Virus record (IMG/VR): IMGVR_UViG_3300010344_001170
Span: 1 to 64,000 of that record
Source of the DNA: a virus
Lineage: Duplodnaviria; Caudoviricetes
DNA length: 64,000 bases
Strand: one strand, 5' to 3'
The notes under the pieces are model-generated. The model was not told the origin of the DNA. It did not search any database and saw only the letters and a list, made by a program, of their open reading frames with translations. This document shows, one piece after another, positions 28,850-36,717 of this stretch (positions are counted from its first letter, which is position 1; every line of letters begins with the position of its first letter). The translations under genes were made by a program, and so were the position numbers.

Positions 28850-29563
28850 ATGATTTACAACGAACTATACAATTTCTGCAAAGTAAGAGACACTGATAGG
28901 AGAAGCTTTTCTAATAGAGCAAAATTCCTTATAGACCTTCTTACCCGCTTGGGTATCGAACACAAGGTTGTTCGTACAAAGAGCGAACGATATAGAAAAT
29001 ATTTCTATAACATCTACGCATTCGGCAACTCCGATAAATTCCTATCGGCACACTATGACATCATAGATATTCGTGCAGATAATGCGAATGATGATAGTGC
29101 TTCAATCATAAACATGATTGCCTACAAACAAAAGAACCCATCGATAAATCTTCTTATTCTTGACGGAGAAGAACCCCCTTATGGTGGTTCAGGTTCACAG
29201 TTTGCTTCAAGATATTTGAAAGCTAATAACATTCCTGTAAAATGGATTTTTAATCTAGAATTGACAGGAGTTGGAAAATCTTTCTTTATTGATAATGCTG
29301 ATACAAAGCTTGGAGCCTGCATTGAGAAACAATTTCCTGGATGTATTCGAATCAGCACTCCGTTTAATGATGCAATGATATTTCGAGCGAATGGATTTGA
29401 CTCTTGCGTATTGACTACAGTTGACGTAGATGAACAAGGAAAACCTGATATGGGTGTTCTTTGGCATTCACATTCACCACAAGATAGTGTCGACAAAATG
29501 AAAATTGAAGACATGAGAAACTTTGTGGATAATGTACTCGATAAAATAGTAAAAAATTGTTAA
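28850..29563 (+). CDS. M28-family metallopeptidase
   Basis: SAHYD, ANDDSAS, DGEE, NLELTG, D...F, HSPQD. Confidence 0.85.
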   Translation: MIYNELYNFCKVRDTDRRSFSNRAKFLIDLLTRLGIEHKVVRTKSERYRKYFYNIYAFGNSDKFLSAHYDIIDIRADNANDDSASIINMIAYKQKNPSINLLILDGEEPPYGGSGSQFASRYLKANNIPVKWIFNLELTGVGKSFFIDNADTKLGACIEKQFPGCIRISTPFNDAMIFRANGFDSCVLTTVDVDEQGKPDMGVLWHSHSPQDSVDKMKIEDMRNFVDNVLDKIVKNC

Positions 29564-29564
29564 T

Positions 29565-29648
29565 ATGGCCGGTATTTTATTTTTAGCAGCTGTTGCACTT
29601 CTAATCATTCTAGTTACCATAAGAGAGAGAAGAGCAAAACAAAAATAA
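29565..29648 (+). CDS. 27-aa single-TM peptide (not in ORF track)
   Basis: MAGILFLAAVALLIILVTIRERRAKQK*, fills the intergenic gap. Confidence 0.55.
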   Translation: MAGILFLAAVALLIILVTIRERRAKQK

Positions 29649-29657
29649 TTTAATTTG

Positions 29658-29993
29658 ATGCTTGTTAATGAATCTGTTGAAGACGTATTAAAAGCAAAGT
29701 CTGAAGAAGAAATGAAAAAGGCTTTTGAAGGTAAAAAAATTGCCTTTTATCATGGAGATACAGACGAATTTGAATACAAAGGAAAGAAACGTACCTATAA
29801 TGTAACTCCAACCATTGCATCATTCTTAAGAACCAAAGATTATCTTGTTTATGTTTGGAAAGGAGAACCAATTGCATTTACTGATGCAGATATAATGGCT
29901 TCATCTATCAGCTCAGGATATGGAGCTCTTTACACAAGAGAAGATAAATACAGCCACAAATTTTCAAAATATCTTCCTAAACCAAATGCTTAG
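29658..29993 (+). CDS. VxES/LKPK leader protein
   Basis: MLVNESVEDVLKAKSEEEM. Confidence 0.8.
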   Translation: MLVNESVEDVLKAKSEEEMKKAFEGKKIAFYHGDTDEFEYKGKKRTYNVTPTIASFLRTKDYLVYVWKGEPIAFTDADIMASSISSGYGALYTREDKYSHKFSKYLPKPNA

Positions 29994-30660
29994 ACCTAGT
30001 GAAGAATACGATTTTCTCAAAAATGTAAACAACATTAAAGATATAGCTCATTACGAGTTGTACCAAAAGTATATTGAGCAAAATCTAAGGGGTGAAAAGA
30101 AGCTTACTGAAATTGAATCCACTGATCAGGAAAGTATAATCATATCTCGTAATGGGGGCTATCCAATTCCTGGAATGATTTACACATTTCTTTATGGAGA
30201 ACCTGATCAAATAATGTTGAGGGTTGGCCAAAAAGATTTCATAGATGTAGTTCCCCTTGTATTTTGCATGAATAATGAACCTAAATCATTTAAGGGTATA
30301 AACATGAATATGCTCCCAAGTGAAATACGATTGAGATTTCTGGATTCATTCTATGATGTATTTGACGACTTCTTTAAAAGAGAAGCAGAAACCCTTGCAC
30401 AAAATAATAAATTAGCTCTTAATAAAAGATTCATTGAGTATGTTAAGTCAGGAAAAGGACAAAACATGCTTAAATTATTCAATCAACGCCATGGTGCAAA
30501 CTTTAATTATGGTTATCGTTCTTATAAGATTGAAAAGGTTAGAAGACTAAGGATGGTAGAATATAACGAGTGGCTTTATATTCCCTTCCTGGAGCCTAAG
30601 GAGGCATTCAGGGGGATGAATCAAAGCCAAATGCATAAGTTATATTATAGAACGAAATAA
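29986..30660 (+). CDS. gp2: DNA end protector (T4 gp2-like)
   Basis: PGMIYTFLY, DVVPLV, GINMNMLP..R..FL, YRSY..EW; ATG at 29986 preferred. Confidence 0.7.
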   Translation: MLRPSEEYDFLKNVNNIKDIAHYELYQKYIEQNLRGEKKLTEIESTDQESIIISRNGGYPIPGMIYTFLYGEPDQIMLRVGQKDFIDVVPLVFCMNNEPKSFKGINMNMLPSEIRLRFLDSFYDVFDDFFKREAETLAQNNKLALNKRFIEYVKSGKGQNMLKLFNQRHGANFNYGYRSYKIEKVRRLRMVEYNEWLYIPFLEPKEAFRGMNQSQMHKLYYRTK

Positions 30661-30670
30661 ATAAAATAAA
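30654..30670 (+). promoter_or_regulatory. putative late promoter
   Basis: GAAATAAATAAAATAAA. Confidence 0.5.
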
Positions 30671-30679
30671 GGTGCCTAG

Positions 30680-31072
30680 ATGAGAGCTAAAGCAACCAAT
30701 TTATTTAAACCAAAATCTGAAAAAGAAATTTCTTCTGCATTTAAAAAGAAGTACAATCTTCCTTATTCTGATTTACAGGAAACATATAAACAATTAAAAG
30801 AATTTGGAATAGATGCTCGCATAAATAAACAAGATCAAACACTTCAATTATTTAATTGGAAACTTTATATGACAGAACCGGATTATGGAGAAGAACGATT
30901 AATTGGTGAAGCTTGGACAAAAGAAAAAGTTGATAAAGTTATTAATGCATTGTATAATTTGGAATCAGAAATAGATTTTTATATTACAAAATCTAAAATA
31001 GGAACCACAATGAGTCTAATTGATGCAATAGATTTATTAACATCCTTAAAAAAAGAGCAAAAGAAAAAATGA
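30680..31072 (+). CDS. LKPK leader protein
   Basis: MRAKATNLFKPKSEKEI. Confidence 0.8.
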   Translation: MRAKATNLFKPKSEKEISSAFKKKYNLPYSDLQETYKQLKEFGIDARINKQDQTLQLFNWKLYMTEPDYGEERLIGEAWTKEKVDKVINALYNLESEIDFYITKSKIGTTMSLIDAIDLLTSLKKEQKKK

Positions 31073-31506
31073 TAGTTTATGAATCATTAGATCAAGTATT
31101 GAATGAATGGCGAGAACCAGTCATTAATCGTCATGCAAATGAATTTAACGCTGATTTTACGATAGAATTTAATGTAAAAAATCCTGATTATCGAGGAATC
31201 CCTGATAAAGCTGCTGAAACAGAAGCTCACTTTGGCAGCATTACAAATAAATTAGGACAAGAGTGTTTTGATGAAATCAACGAAAACATTGGAGTACATG
31301 AAGATTGGTACATTGATGATTGGTCATTTACTGGAAGAATGAATGGGTGGTATGCTCTTTTATGCAAAGGAGAACAAGAAAGTGTTTCTGACGACGATCT
31401 AAATACAATGGAATCTATTGTGGAAAAATACTTTAGAAGCTTTAATGCGAGATTTAAAGAACACTATAAGGACCAGTTCAACCAACGATCATTTTTGAGT
31501 AAATAA
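31069..31506 (+). CDS. VxES leader protein
   Basis: MIVYESLDQVLNE. Confidence 0.78.
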   Translation: MIVYESLDQVLNEWREPVINRHANEFNADFTIEFNVKNPDYRGIPDKAAETEAHFGSITNKLGQECFDEINENIGVHEDWYIDDWSFTGRMNGWYALLCKGEQESVSDDDLNTMESIVEKYFRSFNARFKEHYKDQFNQRSFLSK

Positions 31507-31529
31507 TTTTGCCGTTACAACCCTTTCCA

Positions 31530-32045
31530 TTACTTAGGAAGAGATTTATGATATGATACCTTTTCAAGATTTTCCATCATACCCCAAATGGCCATCATTT
31601 CTTCAAGGGTAAGTTTTTTTCCACCTTTTCCACCACCATTTCCAAACAATTCATGCTGATGTATGTAAGCAGTAAAGAAAGCTTTTTCGGCTTTTCTTTT
31701 TTCTTTTTCGAACTGTTTACGATGGAAGTCAAGTTTATTCAGAACCTCAACATATTCAAGGTCTGATAACTCAACAAGTATGTGACCAGGATAATATGAA
31801 TTGCGATAAAATGAAAGTTCTCTTTCGGTACATGAAGCAACAGTCTGAAGAACTAATTTCTTGTTCCATGCACCTTTATATTTTATATGGCGCATTTTCA
31901 ACTCATTGTCTTCAATATCATGAATTGAAAGATTATACTTTGCGAGTAGCAACTCAAGTTTATGCTTCGCTGCAATAGCTTCTCCTTGATAGCCGCGGTC
32001 AGCAAGCTCTTTAATTTTTTTGATTTTTTCAATTATTGTCTCCAT
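31530..32045 (-). CDS. DUF2786-like protein
   Basis: IIEKIKKIKELAD.G..GEA.AA..K...LLAKYNLS N-terminus. Confidence 0.75.
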   Translation of the reverse strand: METIIEKIKKIKELADRGYQGEAIAAKHKLELLLAKYNLSIHDIEDNELKMRHIKYKGAWNKKLVLQTVASCTERELSFYRNSYYPGHILVELSDLEYVEVLNKLDFHRKQFEKEKRKAEKAFFTAYIHQHELFGNGGGKGGKKLTLEEMMAIWGMMENLEKVSYHKSLPK

Positions 32046-32064
32046 GTGTGTGTAAATCTTAGTG

Positions 32065-32072
32065 CTAATATA
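32065..32072 (-). promoter_or_regulatory. host-type promoter
   Basis: TATATTAG in TTTTTGTTATATTAGCACTA, then ACACACAC-ATG. Confidence 0.6.
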
Positions 32073-32111
32073 ACAAAAATTAGCGAGACAATAAAATTAT
32101 TTTAACATTTT

Positions 32112-32660
32112 TTAAATATTTTCCACCCAAAGAGGCTTTACAGGTCCTCTTGAAGAACCCCCAGTACTTCTTGAATAACATATAACAGGTTTGCCTTCTT
32201 TGTTGGCAATATCCTGGGCAATTTCGGTAACGCGTTCAAACTTACCTACAGTTGGTTTTTCATCCATCCAGATGACATCTATCATAATACCTTGTCCATA
32301 AGGATTTTTAGGATTTTGGCCGCAATCCCTGGCAATAACACCGAATGTTAAGTGTTTATCACGAATGTCGTATCCGGTGTCCATAAATAATGCGGTTGAA
32401 TTAGAATGCCAAGGACCTTGAACTTGATCAACTGTTCCATCTTCTAATTCGAATGGAATAGTGGCACCACCAAATCCCTGAAAACCTTTATATCCAGGTT
32501 TCGTTTCTCTTACGTCAGGAGTTACATAAATGTTGTCGGCTTCATTTTCCTGAATGGCAACATACCAATATCTGCTTTTTCCCTGTATCTTTTTGTACTT
32601 TCTTGATGCAGCTTCTGATTGGCCACAAATCATTGGTTGATTTTCAATTTCGTAATCCAT
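32112..32660 (-). CDS. hypothetical protein
   Basis: Long ORF in minus-strand operon. Confidence 0.8.
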   Translation of the reverse strand: MDYEIENQPMICGQSEAASRKYKKIQGKSRYWYVAIQENEADNIYVTPDVRETKPGYKGFQGFGGATIPFELEDGTVDQVQGPWHSNSTALFMDTGYDIRDKHLTFGVIARDCGQNPKNPYGQGIMIDVIWMDEKPTVGKFERVTEIAQDIANKEGKPVICYSRSTGGSSRGPVKPLWVENI

Positions 32661-32662
32661 AT

Positions 32663-33145
32663 TTAATCTTTTAAATATTCAAATCTAAGTATTGTTAATA
32701 TCTGTTTGTATTCTTTATCTTTCCATTTTATTCCTCTTGTTGATCCTCTCTGACAATAATTTAAAGCGGTTTCGTTGCTTCTGTCTTTGAGTTCTTTTTT
32801 AGCCCCGTGTTCTATTAAACACTCAACGATTTCTCTATTGCCATAAAAAGAAGCTTGCATTAATGCAGTGGTTCCAAACGTATTTTTCAAGTTTACTTTA
32901 GCGCCATTTTCTATTAATAATCGAACAATCCCTATATTTCCTTTAATACAAGCTAACATTAGAGCTGTTGTACGGCCTGAATCGCGGCAATTTATATTTA
33001 AAAATGGAATGTGTTCAATTAAAAGTTGTAGTGAAATATATTGATGTGTACGTGCGGCCATCAATACCATATTATTTTTTTCCTTTTCTGTTAATGAACC
33101 TAAAAGATTAATAATTTCTTCTTTATTTTTTGGTGCCAATATCAT
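32663..33145 (-). CDS. ankyrin-repeat protein with LxPK motif
   Basis: MILAPKNKEEI; GRTTALMLAC..G..GIVRLLIENGAKVNLKN repeats. Confidence 0.88.
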   Translation of the reverse strand: MILAPKNKEEIINLLGSLTEKEKNNMVLMAARTHQYISLQLLIEHIPFLNINCRDSGRTTALMLACIKGNIGIVRLLIENGAKVNLKNTFGTTALMQASFYGNREIVECLIEHGAKKELKDRSNETALNYCQRGSTRGIKWKDKEYKQILTILRFEYLKD

Positions 33146-33588
33146 CTTTGAGGGTATCTTAATTTTCTTTCTGGGTCATTTTTTCTTAAAGTAACTCTTT
33201 GGTTTTTATCACTTGGCATAATCTCCCATTCTCTAAACTTGTCTTGAATTTTTTTCTGGTTACAAGTTCCGAGTAAATAAGCAACTGTTGGTGAATCAGG
33301 AGATTCAGCTTTACAATAATATAAAAAACAATCGAGATTAGGGGAAATTTCAATATAACAAGCTAATATTTTATCAGCAAATATTGGGGCCATAAATCCC
33401 ACATGAACAAATTCTCTTGCATCTTCATAGATATGTGGGTCAAGAGAATTAAATCGATAAGTAAACGCTGATTTAATTTTACTACCATAGCAAAGATTTG
33501 CAATTTCGATTCCTTGTTCAGGAGTTAGATCTGCTATCGTCTTCATGCCTATTAATTGCTTCCTCCCATGCTTTTTGTTGATTTTCAA
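33142..33588 (-). CDS. hypothetical protein
   Basis: ORF in operon; start may be the internal MKTIADL. Confidence 0.7.
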   Translation of the reverse strand: MKINKKHGRKQLIGMKTIADLTPEQGIEIANLCYGSKIKSAFTYRFNSLDPHIYEDAREFVHVGFMAPIFADKILACYIEISPNLDCFLYYCKAESPDSPTVAYLLGTCNQKKIQDKFREWEIMPSDKNQRVTLRKNDPERKLRYPQR

Positions 33589-34201
33589 ATAACATTTCTT
33601 TAGTCACAAATGTTTTTGTTAAAATATACATGAAATTAGTTGAAATATTTTGTACTACTTGTCCTAATTCAATTCCACTCTCAATAGCCGCCTCCATATT
33701 GGTAATAATTTCTGTCTCTGTATTTTCTTGTTTCCATTGACTGAATTTTCTTGTTTGCACTTCACTAAAATAAATCTTAGCTACATCAATAATAGAAGAG
33801 AAATCAGTCTGCAAGTATCTTTCATTATATCTTTCAAAGAAGTGTTTTGTCCAAATTCCCCACATATCATATAAATCTTCTTTTCCATTTTCTTTTCCTG
33901 TCAATGCTAATTGTGAGAAAAAGTCAATACCTCTTTTATGAACAAAATATACGAAACAGTTAGGATATTCTGTATTATAGAGATGCCTTACGTATCGATC
34001 TCTTTTTATACGAACTTTAAACACCCATTTATTATTTCGAGGAGATGTCCAAACTATCCATTCATTACAAAAACCGATCTTCTTTTTGTTTAATTTAAGA
34101 ACCAGTTTTTTCATAAAATCATTGACATATGTTTCATAATTGGGAAGGTCTTTTGAAAGTTCCCGAATCTTTTCTTCATATGTCATTGACTCTACTATCA
34201 T
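33518..34201 (-). CDS. hypothetical protein
   Basis: ORF directly downstream of the TATATTTG promoter. Confidence 0.78.
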   Translation of the reverse strand: MIVESMTYEEKIRELSKDLPNYETYVNDFMKKLVLKLNKKKIGFCNEWIVWTSPRNNKWVFKVRIKRDRYVRHLYNTEYPNCFVYFVHKRGIDFFSQLALTGKENGKEDLYDMWGIWTKHFFERYNERYLQTDFSSIIDVAKIYFSEVQTRKFSQWKQENTETEIITNMEAAIESGIELGQVVQNISTNFMYILTKTFVTKEMLFENQQKAWEEAINRHEDDSRSNS

Positions 34202-34205
34202 AGTA

Positions 34206-34213
34206 CAAATATA
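34206..34213 (-). promoter_or_regulatory. host-type promoter
   Basis: TATATTTG, exact TAnnTTTG match; ATG 5 nt downstream (possibly leaderless). Confidence 0.6.
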
Positions 34214-34256
34214 ATAAAAAACTTTGACATTTAGAATAGTTTTAAGAAATTTTTAT

Positions 34257-34264
34257 TATATTAG
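34257..34264 (+). promoter_or_regulatory. host-type promoter (divergent from 34206)
   Basis: TTTTATTATATTAGC; ATG at 34269. Confidence 0.55.
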
Positions 34265-34268
34265 CTTC

Positions 34269-34700
34269 ATGGAAGATGAGTTCAAACAGAATATTAGGAC
34301 ATTATTAAAACCTAAATCAAAGGAAGAATTCCTTAATGATGTTAAGGGTCAATACATTACGAAAGAAATTGAAGTAACTTATCTTCAGCATTATAAAGAA
34401 GAATTTCCTGAAGAATATCTAGAGTTAAAGCAGCGAGTTGATCGTTTATTGAAAAAAAGATACCCTCAGTATTCAAGAGGTAATGGTTATCTTAACATTA
34501 AAAGAACTCGCATGTATTATTCCTCATCAAAAGCTAATGTGCAAATTGATGGAAAAAAATATGAGGTAAAGATTGTCTTATTAAACATGACTCCAACAAG
34601 AAGAATCCCAGAAATTGAAAATATAAGAAGCGGGACTCATTTTTATATCACAAAAGTTGGACAAGTAGAAACAATTATTAAATTCTTAGAAACACACTAA
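34269..34700 (+). CDS. LKPK-motif protein
   Basis: MEDEFKQNIRTLLKPKSKEEF; ATG at 34269 preferred. Confidence 0.78.
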   Translation: MEDEFKQNIRTLLKPKSKEEFLNDVKGQYITKEIEVTYLQHYKEEFPEEYLELKQRVDRLLKKRYPQYSRGNGYLNIKRTRMYYSSSKANVQIDGKKYEVKIVLLNMTPTRRIPEIENIRSGTHFYITKVGQVETIIKFLETH

Positions 34701-34786
34701 AATTTTAACAGAATTTTAACAGTATTTTTGGTATGATTTTGAAATTTAAGTATTAATTTTACTTTTACATCTTAAACATTTACGAC

Positions 34787-35332
34787 ATGACAAAAACTTT
34801 TTACTTTTACCATTTCCCTGATCGAAATGTAAATATTTTTGAGGGAATTCCTAATGATGTAACAAGTATCGACGTTACATACATAAAAAATGGGAGAACA
34901 ACGAACTATCCTATTACTGGTGGTCTTCAGGGGCTTGCTAAATACATGGCGGTCATGAATAGAAATAGAAGTAACATAAACAACATATCAAAAATTTCTG
35001 TTAATTGGCCAACACCCGTACTTGTAAACACTTTAAACATAAATAACATGAATAAATTTCCAATTGAATCCGGAATTCCGATTCCGGCAGCTAAAACAGC
35101 TAAAAAACCCAAAGTTGAAAACATCAACGAAGAATGGAGAAAGAATTTTCGAAAAATGAAGGTTAATGACTCATTTTTTGTTCCTGCTTTACCAAATGAT
35201 TTAACAAGCACTCAGGCAAGGCTAATGTCTTGTGCGTATAATTTTCGTAAATACGAACCTTCAATCAAAGTATTCAGCACACGAACAGAGCGAAAAGGAA
35301 TTACTGGAGTACGAATCTGGAGATTAAAATAA
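34787..35332 (+). CDS. hypothetical protein with C-terminal small DNA-binding-like domain
   Basis: IESGIPIP..F.KMKVNDSFFVP..GVRIWR C-terminal module. Confidence 0.7.
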   Translation: MTKTFYFYHFPDRNVNIFEGIPNDVTSIDVTYIKNGRTTNYPITGGLQGLAKYMAVMNRNRSNINNISKISVNWPTPVLVNTLNINNMNKFPIESGIPIPAAKTAKKPKVENINEEWRKNFRKMKVNDSFFVPALPNDLTSTQARLMSCAYNFRKYEPSIKVFSTRTERKGITGVRIWRLK

Positions 35333-35351
35333 ACCGGATTCAATAACAAAG

Positions 35352-35377
35352 ATAAAGCCCTTAATATAGGGCTTTAT
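35352..35377. terminator. bidirectional intrinsic terminator
   Basis: ATAAAGCCCT-TAATAT-AGGGCTTTAT between convergent genes. Confidence 0.8.
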
Positions 35378-35768
35378 TTTTTTTCTCAGTGGAGCGCCAG
35401 TTAATAAAATCCCATGTGAGGGCATTATGGCATATGATGTTCTTGTCTAATATATTCTTTGCCTCTTTATGATAGTCCTTTGGGATCAACTCTAAGAGCC
35501 TCTCCTTCATTTCTTCAACATTATCAGCCATTAGTTCTACACCATAAATTGTGGATAGAGCTTGAAGTGGTGGATGGTTGTTGGAAAGTTTACGACGTAA
35601 GACTTCAACTAAAAAGTTGCCATTGCCAGCTGAGTTATCACAAAAAGTTTTAGATGGATCGGACCAAACTTCTTGTGGAAGTTTGTCAAGCATTTCATTA
35701 ACTAATGGAAGAGGAGTGAAGTCTTCGGCTGTTTGTTTGCGGCGGGCTTTACGTTTTTGTTCTATCAT
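35361..35768 (-). CDS. SAM-binding half of an N6-adenine methyltransferase
   Basis: EDFTP (motif X), FCDNSAGNGNFL (motif I), IYGVEL (II), NIICHNAL (III); no NPP(F/Y). Confidence 0.85.
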   Translation of the reverse strand: MIEQKRKARRKQTAEDFTPLPLVNEMLDKLPQEVWSDPSKTFCDNSAGNGNFLVEVLRRKLSNNHPPLQALSTIYGVELMADNVEEMKERLLELIPKDYHKEAKNILDKNIICHNALTWDFINWRSTEKKNKALY

Positions 35769-35812
35769 AGATCTTCTCCATCATTAAAACGTTCAACCCA
35801 AGATTTAGGAAT
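35761..35812. repeat. 52-bp perfect direct repeat, copy 1
   Basis: Identical to 36666-36717. Confidence 0.95.
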
Positions 35813-36673
35813 CTTTTTAAAAATTGAAAGAGGAACATGATAACCATTTTCATTATATTCAATTATAAACATTTTAATAATTTTTGAATTGTTTAAAAAA
35901 TTTTCAAGATTTTTACCTTCCTCTTTATTGTTAACTATAAATCCAGAAGAATTATGACCGCAACCATATTTTCCTTCATCATAAAAACTCAAATAATTTC
36001 CAGGTGTATTTAAACTAACACTGTTACTTATTATGACCTTTTTATCATTAATTCCAAATGTTTTTACATCATACCAATCAAAAAATCCTTGTTTGTACTG
36101 AGCTATTGTATTGACATGCTGATATGGATGATCATTATCTCCTTCTTTTGTTTTTCTTAAACAATTAAATTTTCTACTATCATTTGATTTTATATTTAAA
36201 ATATAATCATTTGAAGAAGTTGATAAATCTTCGAAATATTTTTTAATTAAATCTTTATCCGTTTTTATGGGAAAAAATTTATAACGATTAAAAATTTTAT
36301 CCATAGTATTTGGTTTACCTTTATGTATTAACCATGAATCTATTTGCATAAAACCAGCAACCCCCTCAAACTCCTTTGTTACATCTTTTATAGATACAAT
36401 ATGATTTTCCCACATTATACTTTGAACATTTTCTACCACGCTTTTTGAAAAATTTCCAAGTCTCCAATGGGCTGGAGTTATAAGAGAAATCAATCCGTTA
36501 TCTTTTGTTATTTTAAAACTTAAAAAGATAAACTTGTGCCATAATTTAGCGCCGGATTGTCCTTCTCGCTTAGAAGGTGGTTGAAATGGCGGGTTCCCTA
36601 CAACAACATCAAATTTTGGCATACTATTCCAATTTAATTCTAAACTATCACCCTGTATTAGATGATCTATCAT
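35765..36673 (-). CDS. catalytic half plus TRD of an N6-adenine methyltransferase
   Basis: Starts at HLIQGDSL, then FDVVVGNPPF (motif IV), LITP..W, TRD, KIPKSWVERFNDGEDL. Confidence 0.88.
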   Translation of the reverse strand: MIDHLIQGDSLELNWNSMPKFDVVVGNPPFQPPSKREGQSGAKLWHKFIFLSFKITKDNGLISLITPAHWRLGNFSKSVVENVQSIMWENHIVSIKDVTKEFEGVAGFMQIDSWLIHKGKPNTMDKIFNRYKFFPIKTDKDLIKKYFEDLSTSSNDYILNIKSNDSRKFNCLRKTKEGDNDHPYQHVNTIAQYKQGFFDWYDVKTFGINDKKVIISNSVSLNTPGNYLSFYDEGKYGCGHNSSGFIVNNKEEGKNLENFLNNSKIIKMFIIEYNENGYHVPLSIFKKIPKSWVERFNDGEDL

Positions 36674-36717
36674 AGATCTTCTCCATCATTAAAACGTTCA
36701 ACCCAAGATTTAGGAAT
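36666..36717. repeat. 52-bp perfect direct repeat, copy 2
   Basis: Identical to 35761-35812; offset 905 bp. Confidence 0.95.
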
